Source: a virus (taxonomy: Duplodnaviria; Caudoviricetes). From it: DNA of 52,936 nucleotides. The position numbers and the translations under genes are program-made. The stretch is taken from the IMG/VR virus record IMGVR_UViG_3300032213_002156, positions 1-52,936 of that record, one strand, 5' to 3'. Below, one piece after another: positions 12,601-21,200 of the stretch. The notes beneath the pieces were generated by a model. That model did no database searches and was not told the origin of the DNA. It saw nothing but the letters and a program-made list of their open reading frames with translations. How positions within the stretch are numbered: position 1 is the stretch's first letter; each line of letters opens with the position of its first letter.

Positions 12601-15600
12601 TGGCATACTTGATATTTGGACTCCATTCTTTAATGTTGTCTCGGTTAAGCACAAAGCCTTGTGCATTTAATGTTCCGTTCCACTCAGTGGTTGTAATAGC
12701 ATTAACATAAATGCGATTTTGTCGTGCACCAGTTGCTGGATTGTAAATTAAATCTGCAAAAATACTGATGTTGTTAAGTATTACAATATCTTCATAGTTA
12801 ACAAATTGTAATTTTACATAGGAAATTGCCTGGTTGTTTGTGCCATTTATTGTGAATCGATTTTCTAATCGCTCAATTACCAAGTTTCTAGCATCAAACG
12901 GTGTGCGGTTTTGATCCAGCAACATATTTTCTGGATTTTGAACACTGATGCTGTCAACCACTGCGCCGGGTCTTTCTGCAATTAATTGCAGTGCGGCAGG
13001 ATTTAAATTGATTAAACTGTCAACTGCCCAGCCCTGGTTTGCCCAATAAAGAAACTCGCTGGCCATTTGCTTCCAGTCAAGTGTGTACCCATTTTCTCGT
13101 GTGTCAAATATTAACCCTTGTGTGGTCAAGTATTGTCCATAGCTTAACAAAAAGTCAACCACAGATGATTGGTTAGTAAACACAAACCCGTATGGAACTT
13201 GCACAATATCATTTGTATATTGCCGTGGGACTCGCACTGTACTGCCCCCGGCACTGATGGTTTGCAACTCGCCACTGGCACGACTTGCATAAATGTCAAA
13301 GTACGGATCGGTTGTACTGTAACCAAAAACTGCATATCCTGTATCAGTGAGTTGGATAATCACTGCACTGTATGCTACAGACGCAAAGGGTGAGTTTTTG
13401 TACAACATCAAGTCGTAGCTTTCGTCTGGCAACAATAAACTTGAATTTAAACTGTTAGGGCTAGAACGTTCTGTGTATATTTTTAAATATTGTTTATCTG
13501 TAAAACTTGCAGTTCTCCAGCACAAACGAACATCAAGATTTGCCAGTGCTTCTTCCAGTGCCTGTGTTGAATTAATGCCCAGCTGTTGATTGTAGTCAAC
13601 AATCCAGTTGATGTAACTGGCCTTGCTGACAGGAGTAACAACACCTGTTGATGTGTTAACGTTACCACCATACACTTGTACGCCGCTGGCGTCTAGTCGA
13701 TATCGACCATTGTACAAGTACTGTTGAAATTCTGTGCTGTACTTGTAAAGGTCTCGGTCCGCAAACAAGCTGAAGAATTTTGCAGGGCGTGTCAGTGCCA
13801 ACAAGCGCATGACAGCAAATGGGTAACTACTAGAGGTCCACCATGCAGCCTCTACTGGGCCGCCATCGCCGACCACCCAACTCTTGCGCCAAGCAGTAGG
13901 ATCATATTGTCCAACAACACTATCCAATGGAGCCAGTAACTGGCCTTCTGTGCCAGTTGGTATAAAGTAAGTTGATAAGTTTGGTCTTATAAAGTTGGGT
14001 CTAACATAAGCGCCTGCCGGATCGGCCACAATACCCGCTTGTATGTCATCCCATAACACCAAGTTGTCCTGTGTGTATGGCGCAGGGCCATATCGTGTTT
14101 CCCACCATGAGGGCATTTGACTAAAACCCAACATCTCCCACGGAGTGTAGTTTGGAGCCAGTGTATCATAAAAATATCTACTGATGCCGCGCCAGGCTCC
14201 CAGCAACGGCAAATCTTTTTCTTTGTCTCCTGCTTGACTATAGTTGTAGGTAAACGGATTGCTGGCAATGTACTGCTGTGTTTTGTAGTCTAGCTTGTTT
14301 TGTCCTACCCAAGTCAAAAAACTTTCGCCTAGAATAGTTGTAATCTCAGCCTGGGTATAATCTGTTGTGCGGAAATATCCCGGAATAACTTCTTCAGGTG
14401 GAATTGGTACTGGATTACCTTCGGTTTTTAAGTTGTTGAAAATTCTACGTTCAAATTCTAATAAGATATCATCGCGCATGTCGCCAAAGGCTGTGGTAAT
14501 ACTGCCATCGTGTCCACGGATAACAACAGTTGGGTTTACATAGTTTTCATCCAGGAACATTTCAGGTTTATATGCCTGATACAATCCCATTTTGGTAGGA
14601 GTGTTGGGGACAAAGTTACCGGCAGTGTCTGCGTATTCACGAATGGTAACTACATCGCCAACTGTCAACGTAACAGTAACAGTCAGTGTTGGACTGTCTG
14701 CTGATACAGTGTAATCAGAGTTTAATGTTAGCAGTGTATCGTTTAGATAAACCAATAACCCTAAAAAGTTTGCAGAAGTAAATGTGTGCGTTTGTAGGGT
14801 GTCAAATGTTCCAACTGTAATTGGAGTTACTGTATAAACAGTATCCGTGTAGACATTGCCGCTGGGCAACATGTCGCTGTAATAAAAGCTGTTTAAGTTA
14901 GTTTTACCAATGTTTAAATCAGTGACCACAGCGTCAAGAATTTCGCTTGTTGTTAAATTGCCCCATTCTCCTCGAATAGTGTTTTCTAACAGTCTGTTTT
15001 TAAATTTATTATATTCTCTATCGTTAAACTCTAACGATTTAAAGATATTATACTCACTGCTTCGCATAAAGAAGCCGGCCAGAGTCAATGGTGCGCTCTG
15101 TTCCAGTATAGTTGTACCATAGCGACCAATGTCGCCTAGATCGCGTGTGTTGTTTGCGCCGTTGATGACACCTGCAAAGTTGATTAAATTTCTAGCAATG
15201 CTTTCGTAATGTGTTCGTATAGTACCCAATGTGAAATAAGGACTGTTAACGTTAAACGGATTATTTGCCAAATTAATTGGCACTTGATAAAATCCATTGT
15301 CACTGGGCTCCGTGCTCAAGACCTGAACTTCAATGATTGACCCTGGTGTATAGATATTATTCAATACAATTGTAGTTGTAGTATTGGTTCTTGTTACTGT
15401 GTACTCTGCAGGCAAGATATACGTGTTGGCCACATAAAGTTGTATTGGCGGAACAACTGTGTTCTCAGGTATATTGATATTAAATCGTAACGGAGATCCA
15501 TCGTATGTAAACTGGAATTGTTGACGAATCAAACTTGGAGTCGCGGCCACTTGCCATCCAAGTTCTCGTTCGTAGACGACTCGACTGGCATATTGATACG

Positions 15601-18286
15601 AGTAGCCATCACTTATATTAAGAGTCTCAGAGGTATTTTGTACAACATACGTAAATTGATCTGTATAAAAATTATTATCAAATACAATGTCACCAATGTT
15701 GTTTATACTTAGATAACGAAGTGGAAATCCCAGCACAGTATCTGCGACACCTTGGCCAGTGGCATAACTGAACAACTTACTACCAGCAAATGTAGTGCTA
15801 GGATACTTGCTACGGTCGCTAAAACTAATGCCAGCAGAATCATACACATTAAACAATGGCGCTTGATTTGTCTTTGTCTTTTGTTGTCCTTTTATCCAAG
15901 CAACACCATCATAATAATAACTTGTTCCTTGTGTTGTTAATCCGTTAAGTGTAACTACTGTTTGATCAACTAGTACCGTGGAGTCATCAGCAGGAACTAG
16001 ATCAATGATAGGTTGTATAATTAGTGGTGGTACAGTGTCGGGTGTAATGAAATTTACAACGTAAATTTTATTTCTAACTTCTGGATCGGTGTCTGCTGCA
16101 AAAATAACACGGGTGCCTTGAACAAATTCGTATCCATCAATGCCGTAACCAAGTGATCCATTAATGGTACTCAGTGCGTCTGTGACAGCAAAGTCAACAA
16201 TATTAACTGGAAGTTTTCCTTGCGTTCCAAAATCATATAAGCGTGTTCCTGCATTAAATTCTATAATAGGGCGTTTAGCACTTTGACTGTTGCTTATAGT
16301 TGGTGTTGTGTTATTATACGCCGCAGATGCATTGATAACATCAATGTGGAACCAACGATTACTACGTGTCCAAGCACTTAAATCAGGGCTGGCACGACCA
16401 ATTGTAAGATACTCTGGGATCAGTGGCGCATTCAAAGAAGCATCATAGTTTCCAACATCGTATCTAAGACTATCATAAGGAATAAATGCATTTTGGGTAT
16501 ATGTTTCTGGCGTGACAAAATCAGTAACTGGCAATAATTTAATTGCTGTTCCAACACCTTCAACATAGTATTCTTGGTTTTCATACTCGGCCGGTATTGT
16601 GCTGCCACGAAATTGAACTTTAAGTCCGTTGGTAAACACTACGCCATTTGAACTGGTGTAGTTTGGGCGGCCAATGATGTCGTTGATATAGGTTGTGGTC
16701 GCATTGTCTTGATCAAGCAAATGAATTTGTCCGAAAATACCAGGATCTGTTCCGTCTTGATAGTACAATGTATCTTTGATTGCTGTTAGCAAAGGAATTG
16801 CTTGAAAATATCCTTCGGCATTTTTATACCAACTGGTATTTGAATATTGGTTACCAAAAGCAATAGAGAATTTCGTTAACTCAGCAACGTCGAGTATACT
16901 GGTCAACTGGATGTACTCTACACTGTCAATTGTGACGTAATTGATTTGCCAAACACTGTATCGTTGTTCTGGGGTAAGATCAACTGTTACTTCATACGGG
17001 GCAGAATCAAAGCCTCCGTCAACAGTTGAAATAATTTGCCAGCCACCTTCGGCTGCGCCTTCTACTGTGCTTAAAAATACCAGTGTTCTGCCATTGATAT
17101 TGGTAGTGCCGTCAATGCCTGTTGCGTTGTTCAAAAAGAATGTTGAAACAGGAATGTTGTTGATTTCGCTGAACATTAAATTTGTAGCCAGGTCAACTGA
17201 CCCAATGCTGTCAAGTCCGTAGTAAAAACTCTGCGCAGTGGATAACGGTACATTAAATGTTACGGCTCCAAGATCTTCGCCGTTGTTGGTTACGCCTAAT
17301 ACATCTCTACTGCTGATGTTAGGTGACCAAGGTAATACTCCGTTAACGCCAGGTTCTGCCTGTATCCAAAAACCTGGACCGGTACCAGGTGTCCCGTCAA
17401 TGATAGTCAACACGCCTTGCATGTTAAACTGTGTTTCACTTGCGTAGTACAGTGTGTCTGGGGCGTCTTGCGGAACAGTAAATGTGATGTTACCAGTGTT
17501 TGCACCATTGCGACTTACACCTTCGTTGTATTGATCAGTACGACCTTGCGATGGTGTTGTTTTAATCCAAAACGGAGACACTACGCCAAGATTTAAATTG
17601 AATACGTATGTGTTTCCACGCACAAGAGTCAGTGCCGGATTTGGCAAGTAATCAATGATGTATGCCGATGTTGTGGCCGCTGTTACACGATAGTTTACTG
17701 TTTCTGTTGCATTTTGTGCCACAGTGAATGTGTAGTTACCGCCACGCAATAATGTAATTGCAGGATTGGATCCGTTATAGTCTGAGAATGTATATACACC
17801 ATTTTCTCTTGTGACAATATAATCAGCAGAGAGTGGAACTGCTGTGCCGCCTACCGTAACTGACAGTGGGCCACTTGGCAACCAATAGTATTGACCGTAG
17901 TTTACAAACATGTCCCAGTTGATCTGCGGGTCCCAGGTATAGTACTCGCTAGTATAAAGCCGTTCGCTTTGATCAACAAAGGCACCTTGTGATCCCAATG
18001 AATCGGTAATACCTGGATAGGTAACTGCGTCTTTGATTACTGTGGAGTCAGTTTTTCTAAAGATAACGCCCGGTTCAAGTTGATAATCTGTGCGGGATCT
18101 AGTAGGTTCAATAACATATTTGTCATCAGCATTTACACCCGGGCCTACACGATGTCCAACATATCCTTGTGTCTTTTTAAACTGCGGCTCTTGTACCAAC
18201 TGATCTAGTGTGGCAGCTAAAAATTGCTTGTTTGTAGACGTCTGAAATATCTCTGGTAGAAAATCTACCGTTCTCACTGTGGCCAT
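3617..18286 (-). CDS. Giant baseplate wedge / virion structural protein (4889 aa)
   Basis: Coupled (TAATG) to the gp6-like gene. Contains FG-GAP-like propeller repeats (FGSAVAIS..YVGAP, FGTSVAT..IIIGAP, FGSEVFI..LVVGAP), Ig-like 'V.VNG..Q....DYT' repeats, a 'GSGYTVAPTITITG' motif and a 'YIQEVKPYH' wedge motif. Confidence 0.75.
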   Translation of the reverse strand: MATVRTVDFLPEIFQTSTNKQFLAATLDQLVQEPQFKKTQGYVGHRVGPGVNADDKYVIEPTRSRTDYQLEPGVIFRKTDSTVIKDAVTYPGITDSLGSQGAFVDQSERLYTSEYYTWDPQINWDMFVNYGQYYWLPSGPLSVTVGGTAVPLSADYIVTRENGVYTFSDYNGSNPAITLLRGGNYTFTVAQNATETVNYRVTAATTSAYIIDYLPNPALTLVRGNTYVFNLNLGVVSPFWIKTTPSQGRTDQYNEGVSRNGANTGNITFTVPQDAPDTLYYASETQFNMQGVLTIIDGTPGTGPGFWIQAEPGVNGVLPWSPNISSRDVLGVTNNGEDLGAVTFNVPLSTAQSFYYGLDSIGSVDLATNLMFSEINNIPVSTFFLNNATGIDGTTNINGRTLVFLSTVEGAAEGGWQIISTVDGGFDSAPYEVTVDLTPEQRYSVWQINYVTIDSVEYIQLTSILDVAELTKFSIAFGNQYSNTSWYKNAEGYFQAIPLLTAIKDTLYYQDGTDPGIFGQIHLLDQDNATTTYINDIIGRPNYTSSNGVVFTNGLKVQFRGSTIPAEYENQEYYVEGVGTAIKLLPVTDFVTPETYTQNAFIPYDSLRYDVGNYDASLNAPLIPEYLTIGRASPDLSAWTRSNRWFHIDVINASAAYNNTTPTISNSQSAKRPIIEFNAGTRLYDFGTQGKLPVNIVDFAVTDALSTINGSLGYGIDGYEFVQGTRVIFAADTDPEVRNKIYVVNFITPDTVPPLIIQPIIDLVPADDSTVLVDQTVVTLNGLTTQGTSYYYDGVAWIKGQQKTKTNQAPLFNVYDSAGISFSDRSKYPSTTFAGSKLFSYATGQGVADTVLGFPLRYLSINNIGDIVFDNNFYTDQFTYVVQNTSETLNISDGYSYQYASRVVYERELGWQVAATPSLIRQQFQFTYDGSPLRFNINIPENTVVPPIQLYVANTYILPAEYTVTRTNTTTTIVLNNIYTPGSIIEVQVLSTEPSDNGFYQVPINLANNPFNVNSPYFTLGTIRTHYESIARNLINFAGVINGANNTRDLGDIGRYGTTILEQSAPLTLAGFFMRSSEYNIFKSLEFNDREYNKFKNRLLENTIRGEWGNLTTSEILDAVVTDLNIGKTNLNSFYYSDMLPSGNVYTDTVYTVTPITVGTFDTLQTHTFTSANFLGLLVYLNDTLLTLNSDYTVSADSPTLTVTVTLTVGDVVTIREYADTAGNFVPNTPTKMGLYQAYKPEMFLDENYVNPTVVIRGHDGSITTAFGDMRDDILLEFERRIFNNLKTEGNPVPIPPEEVIPGYFRTTDYTQAEITTILGESFLTWVGQNKLDYKTQQYIASNPFTYNYSQAGDKEKDLPLLGAWRGISRYFYDTLAPNYTPWEMLGFSQMPSWWETRYGPAPYTQDNLVLWDDIQAGIVADPAGAYVRPNFIRPNLSTYFIPTGTEGQLLAPLDSVVGQYDPTAWRKSWVVGDGGPVEAAWWTSSSYPFAVMRLLALTRPAKFFSLFADRDLYKYSTEFQQYLYNGRYRLDASGVQVYGGNVNTSTGVVTPVSKASYINWIVDYNQQLGINSTQALEEALANLDVRLCWRTASFTDKQYLKIYTERSSPNSLNSSLLLPDESYDLMLYKNSPFASVAYSAVIIQLTDTGYAVFGYSTTDPYFDIYASRASGELQTISAGGSTVRVPRQYTNDIVQVPYGFVFTNQSSVVDFLLSYGQYLTTQGLIFDTRENGYTLDWKQMASEFLYWANQGWAVDSLINLNPAALQLIAERPGAVVDSISVQNPENMLLDQNRTPFDARNLVIERLENRFTINGTNNQAISYVKLQFVNYEDIVILNNISIFADLIYNPATGARQNRIYVNAITTTEWNGTLNAQGFVLNRDNIKEWSPNIKYAKGEIVLYKNNYWSAQDIIQPKREFAYADWVKSDFTKIQKGLLPNIANKADQIENSYNTQTANLEGDNDLLSFGLIGFQPREYMVAINLDDASQVNLYQQFIGTKGTILSAELFTGANLGKETADYQIYENWAIRRGTYGANANRSYVELRLNEPLLQSDPSTIQVILPGETSLANQTVLLNDVWRESYKLTSPNFLTTTTTQMTDTALPSAGYVNIDDVDITVFSLDDPSNIAANLDSIGNGTKIWVAKTNSYDWNVYRTTQVPGRVTRVTDNLDGASLVTFTQVHNLSLGDILIVRFFNDSFNGVYRVLTTPTPTTLTVAYTFPNGNQTTITGSGIGFYLDTMRVAQASDVGTLSFANDLIPGAMAWVDNNGAGLWEVLEKQNVFAPGYALDQNTPLYNTGYGASVAQAYENIAALIGAPMYDDGAGAIYPYLRGQRGTYEESPIIQLGTTGTVGYGSALDIGYQSWAIAGAGQSNGGDGYTVILYRAPASNEFLQTQLLIAPDYGNSAGSFGSAVAISRDERWAYVGAPAQNAVYAYGRSDLEIQEVKYIGDSVTTSFNYSDNLVFDLAEPGQITVTVNAVVQTYGVEYTLNSLDVVFATPPLRDLPVVITRNMLTQLDAETYYNVEQDSTDGPGILALFTVKRVRGVYTVTMTQPGVFYEVGNTITIDAATIGGGTSPANDITITVTAIDDVGSITEYTYSGSGVSTTSVFDLSTTLYTATNLNSFSVTVNGALQRPYIDYTFAGTTLTFVTLPAAGTKIIAETGSYFTYVETISGPVGSGFGTSVATATDGQQIIIGAPTDDNNGLAYGSTYVYNRSVARYQVGIGETGVKTFTLPAGFNTPVSVTINNAFLTDAGQFIDGQFTVSGNTVTLEDNVTLVVGDIIEIESNIFRSVQKITQRPATVNAGQFIVGQSYSIATVGNTNFISVGAVNNNIGTVFIATGAGSGTGTATDITNAGFVNFGQSVDLCPNNCSIYSGAPTDGTVFPGAGSVQRNVNQARVYGVISSQVPNPVLTGGDTIRIDNYEITIPLSPNNTVAGVVNAINSANEGVGIPNVRASAPGDLYFTADGVTKTYDIGVTYSQYATYNPVVYVDGTLQILNVDYTYNNSTGIISFIYSPEAQAIILVVQGILTLNVINAAAVLSNSRLTVSPGVVGTAFADFGFVEYVYTQTITSPAPTVDANFGSEVFINTDATTLVVGAPRGNLYEPVTFDNDTTYFDDRSTVFSTVVVQSGVTYTFDYLPSSTDSVSNPGQFVFGQQMYDSNITPLDQYGTAISYVTGRLLIGSPGSDFGDSSNSNYGRVSVFENADRTPAWTVKHVQQPVVEIALLNSVYMYDKLESTITSYLDFIDPLQGKILGVARENIDYIGAVDPASYNNGPVRNIGNPWAAARIGEIWWDTNSVRFIDPNQDDIVYASRRWSQVFPGSSVDIYQWIESDVTPAAYTGPGTPLSVVSYTTRSELNTDNIFATRYYFWVRNIATVATAANKKLSTNAIANYISNPRSSGISYLAPLNASTVAIYNVMGLISAQDTILHIEYDRIKNDDNVHQEYELIADGIADSFLSAGLYLKLQDSLSGVNITGAQVPDASLSPAERYGVEFRPRQSMFVDRFAALKNYFGYANRIMANYPIAETKSLTLLNSKDTEPTATQAYYAGTFNIGDTYTISYVGTTDFTAIGASSNAIGVSFVATGVGQGTGTATFTNWNFRVADITELGYQNLLIVPYGYRYLVATDSSNQGFWTIYDVIAGPLVGSKELRLVRVQNYDTSRYWSYINWYTPGYNSTVNPVATVVNYAELAGITLNVAPVGASVKVTNAPAGKFEIYQRTLTSWDRVGLEDGTIELSAELWNYSLGNFGFDSEVFDAQYFDQEPVIETRKIVQAINQQIFIDELAINRNRSLMLMFEFIMSEFSAPDWLLKTSLIDVNHKIRSLLPYQLYRQDNQDFVLNYIQEVKPYHVQIREFNLQYTGNDEYPGSITDFDNPAFFDETLTVPQFIAPVLLPYTESTANSPTNSNADTASNAIIWTETPWVDWYNNYTLTVQSVVITNTGSGYTVAPTITITGAATVPAEMTAVVNSAGQVVGVNITEYGSGYVTTPIITFVGGNGSGATAAVVMGNDLVRQIKTTIKYDRYQYFSTIQEWQPNVNYDDGTQVRYADRVWQAASPDSTGVQSATFDPLDWILVNAGTLSGVDRTMGFYTPTVNQPGLSLPLLIDGVEYPGVQVFGVGYDQYPGFDVAPYDSTPFDNLTYGPEGRPTFDQTILDTIFESPYTDPYLGTRPTSINVEGGEYIDVYSSYAPEELVPGSEFDTLDIRVYTTPGADWARDGHGFRTEVRKFTVTSVGETYSFAGVTPVPATMLIANQTLGLDLAIDVSYTANWAEQTITLDPSVAVGSEIVITLYEIGGGNQLFKRAYNGAEIGSSVVVPVKYSLIDQFVIFANGTLTTDYTFVPYGTTSTEVVFGTPYTINDYLMIGAIGPTTIDGTEIDYSWSVPVTQYITGVTGVLEYDLTNSMEYTNPDNVVVTFNGIRARTSAGIEYLADGTTDYLLPTRLGFSQSTISDNEVHVYVDNVPQVLGVDFTVEPYDPNTPRAVMFTEPLTLGEKILICVTTGTQASVVGTQLLFNAFNGMVPSNGDIIAVTSWNDTRQQDILTQVYVGPVSSTALPAIVEPFSSTKYDNPPGDASVEPGQYDFSTPRPVTLNNLYLNRVITNPDRLWVTLNGLQIFVNDGFTIVDNQIVLASGYIMSATDVVMITEFTNSVAPEAMAFRIFQDMRGVQATYRITPATTTYLVAPLSTTDDVIYVHNAAALNEPNLAMNIWGLLTINGERIMYRNRDTVANTVSGLRRGTAGTGVASHAVDADVYNISRGNLLPPQFQNYIVSNITYPLVPGVNLGDGVTTSFVAELIDVSAADSTVDNEAVEVYIGGIRQYGGYTITNENPVTVEFNTAPPEGVEVTILVRRGVTWYAPGINTPSNGVALQDTETQAARFLRGE

Positions 18287-21200
18287 TAAATTACTCCGCT
18301 GCCTGAGGCAGTTTTAAGGTTTGTGCTGGTTAGTGCTTCAATTACTTGAATGTCTGCTACTGTGGCTGCGTTAACAAAAATTTGGTTTGGTGCCGAGCGT
18401 ATTTCGTATAAGTCGCCAAAACTCTTTTGTGGACTTATTGGAACCAGCACTACAGAACTTACTACGTCGCCGATGTTTTGATGCAGGTACCCTGATAGTT
18501 CGGAGAAGTAGAATGTATCACCAAAGTTCCAATTTTCAATTGCAAAATAACTATTAATAAACGTTACTACCAAACTTTTTATTTCGCTAACTGATGCTGT
18601 AGACCCGCTGGCACGAATAACTTTAATTGTTGCACGTAGTTCTGGTGCTGCCTTAATACCAAACAATGGTTTAAAGTCAACTGAGTTAATGATCATGTTG
18701 TCAGAAATCATTTTGTAATCTTGTAGTCCTGCATACTCAGTAGTTAGTGTATCTAATGATGGTGGGTCTGGCTCTGGTACTGTTCCAGTTGCATCCACAA
18801 TATAATTTCTATATGCAGTGTAATATGCTTGTGTGACCACATAAACGTCAATGATGTTGGTTGATCCAGGGTCAATACGATTGGTCAACGCACTATTATG
18901 TCTGTATTGGAAAGCCAGGTCTTGTCGTCCAATACGAGTTATATAATCACTTGTTGTTACAAGTTCTGTGGTGCCTGTAGTAGTCAACGACAGGATATAA
19001 AATGCCGGTGGTGTTGTATACGTAAGTGTTGTGGTATTATACACACCGTATGCATAGAATACTTGTCCAACTACATACTGTGCTTTTACCACTTCAATGT
19101 CATCCATTGTGGCGTACTGAGAATTAATAACTCCGGGCTCTACCAATACATATCGTTGAAGATTATCAAAGTCAACAATTTGTTGGAAGAAAACATTTTT
19201 AGTTGTAGGATTTACATTGGGTGCAACAATTGTATTAAAGAAATCTGGATCATCAGGAACGCCGTCAGCATCATTATCCTGCCAAGAAACCAACACTTGA
19301 TAGTCATCAACATATCCGTCTGGTTGTACTGGTTGGTCAATGATGCGCATTGAAATATCACTTTCCAGCGGCAAGTTTGAATCAGGCTTGCTGTTTGTTT
19401 TTAATACTTTGACAAAGTCTCGGATAGTAGTTCCGGTACGACTATCATAGATTTGTTCGTCGCCGTAGAAGAAGAAGCGTGTTTGTAGTACACTGCCAAA
19501 GTAATAGTTCAGCGCACGGCTTGTAACAGTATACGACTCGCCATCAGTTACAAATTGCAAAAACCAACTTGCATCTAAGTTTGCACCAGTGGTATTACCA
19601 GCGTATGTTTGGCTCCATGTGGCATCAATGGCAAGATTGTTTGCAGTAATTAAATACCAGGTTTTAGTTAGATTATCATAACCCAGACCAAAATTACGAT
19701 ATAATTCAATCTGTGCGGCAGCATTATTACGCACTTCAGTTCCTAGATCTGTAACAAACAACGGAATAACTTGACTGCATACTGCACCAGTAGGAACAAA
19801 ATTATTAAGAACCACTGGGCCAACACCGTTGCTAAAATTGCCAAGATTTTGATTTGTTCCGTCAAGGTATATTGCCTGTGCCGATGCCCACACTACCAAC
19901 TTTTCATCGGCTCTTGTTGGTGTACCTAATACCAATTGGTTATTGGCATCAAAGTAATACCCAGCAGGAGGAATAAATTTAATCAAACTACCAACTTGGA
20001 CATATTGCATGTTGCTGGTAGTGTATTGCCCAAGCGGTACTGGTTTTCCTGCAGAATTTTTAAAATAGCCAGTTGTCTCGTTGGCCATTGTGGTGCTTTC
20101 GTTCCAGGTCACTGCCAGTTGTAACAATGCCGGACGAGGGAAATTAGCGTAATAAAATTGTTTGGCAGGGCTGTTGGCCAAGTTAACTTCAATTTGATTG
20201 GTGAGAATATCACTGATTTCGTTTGTAGTTAGCCAACTGAATAGGAATGTGGGCAACGCATTGTATTCGTACAGGGCACCATCACTGGAGAATGTGTTGG
20301 TACTTGAATACTTCCCTGTGTTGTCTACTAGATCAAGGTATCGACTTGTGCCAATTGAGGCACGGTTCAATGCTTTGGATTTAATAATTGAATTGTAGGC
20401 AGTGAACGGAAAGTTATTGTAGTCTTCGCCATTGACCATACGGTTCTGTGTGTAGTAACGAGCAGGAGCACGTTGTTTAATTTCGTCAAGTGTTTCACGT
20501 GCGAGAGCGTTGCTTACTGGTTCAGTGATACCACAATTTAGTGTAAGTGTTTCTAGTTGTCCAGTACGGCTGACATAACTAATGCTCAACAAGACATTTT
20601 GCATTTCTTCTGGATTGATAATATATTGCAATCCATTACTTGCACGAACATAAGCACGGAAAGTTCCAACAGGAATTTCAGAGAATACACCATCGCCAAA
20701 GTTCATGGTGATTTGATCATTGGCTCTGCTAGTAACTGAGTATATTGGACGGAGTGTGGTTAACTGTTCGGCGGCGGCAGTATACACACTTTCAACAAAC
20801 TCCCATTCTCGGCTAATGGTACCCACGTTATCCAATTGATACAGCCAACGGTCAGTGTTGTTGACACCTTCAATATTGATGTTGACTGCTCGATTAGAAA
20901 TGCGTTCTGGCAAGTTAAAGTCTTGATTTTGTAATACACCTTGTTTGAACAAGAAGAAGAAACCTGTATTGGCAGAAGCAAACCCTAATTGGTCGTTACG
21001 GAATAGCACATTAAATTGTCCATTAGGACGTGGACTAGGTTCATATATGTAACCGCGCCCACTGGCAGTAGCACTGACTGCTTCAAATGGCATGTTGACG
21101 CCATCAATTACAGAACTATAAGGTATAACTGGCAAGAAGCCTGGCAACAAGTTAATTGTGTATTCATCTGTACGGATTCCATTAATTGTTGTTTTGTTTC

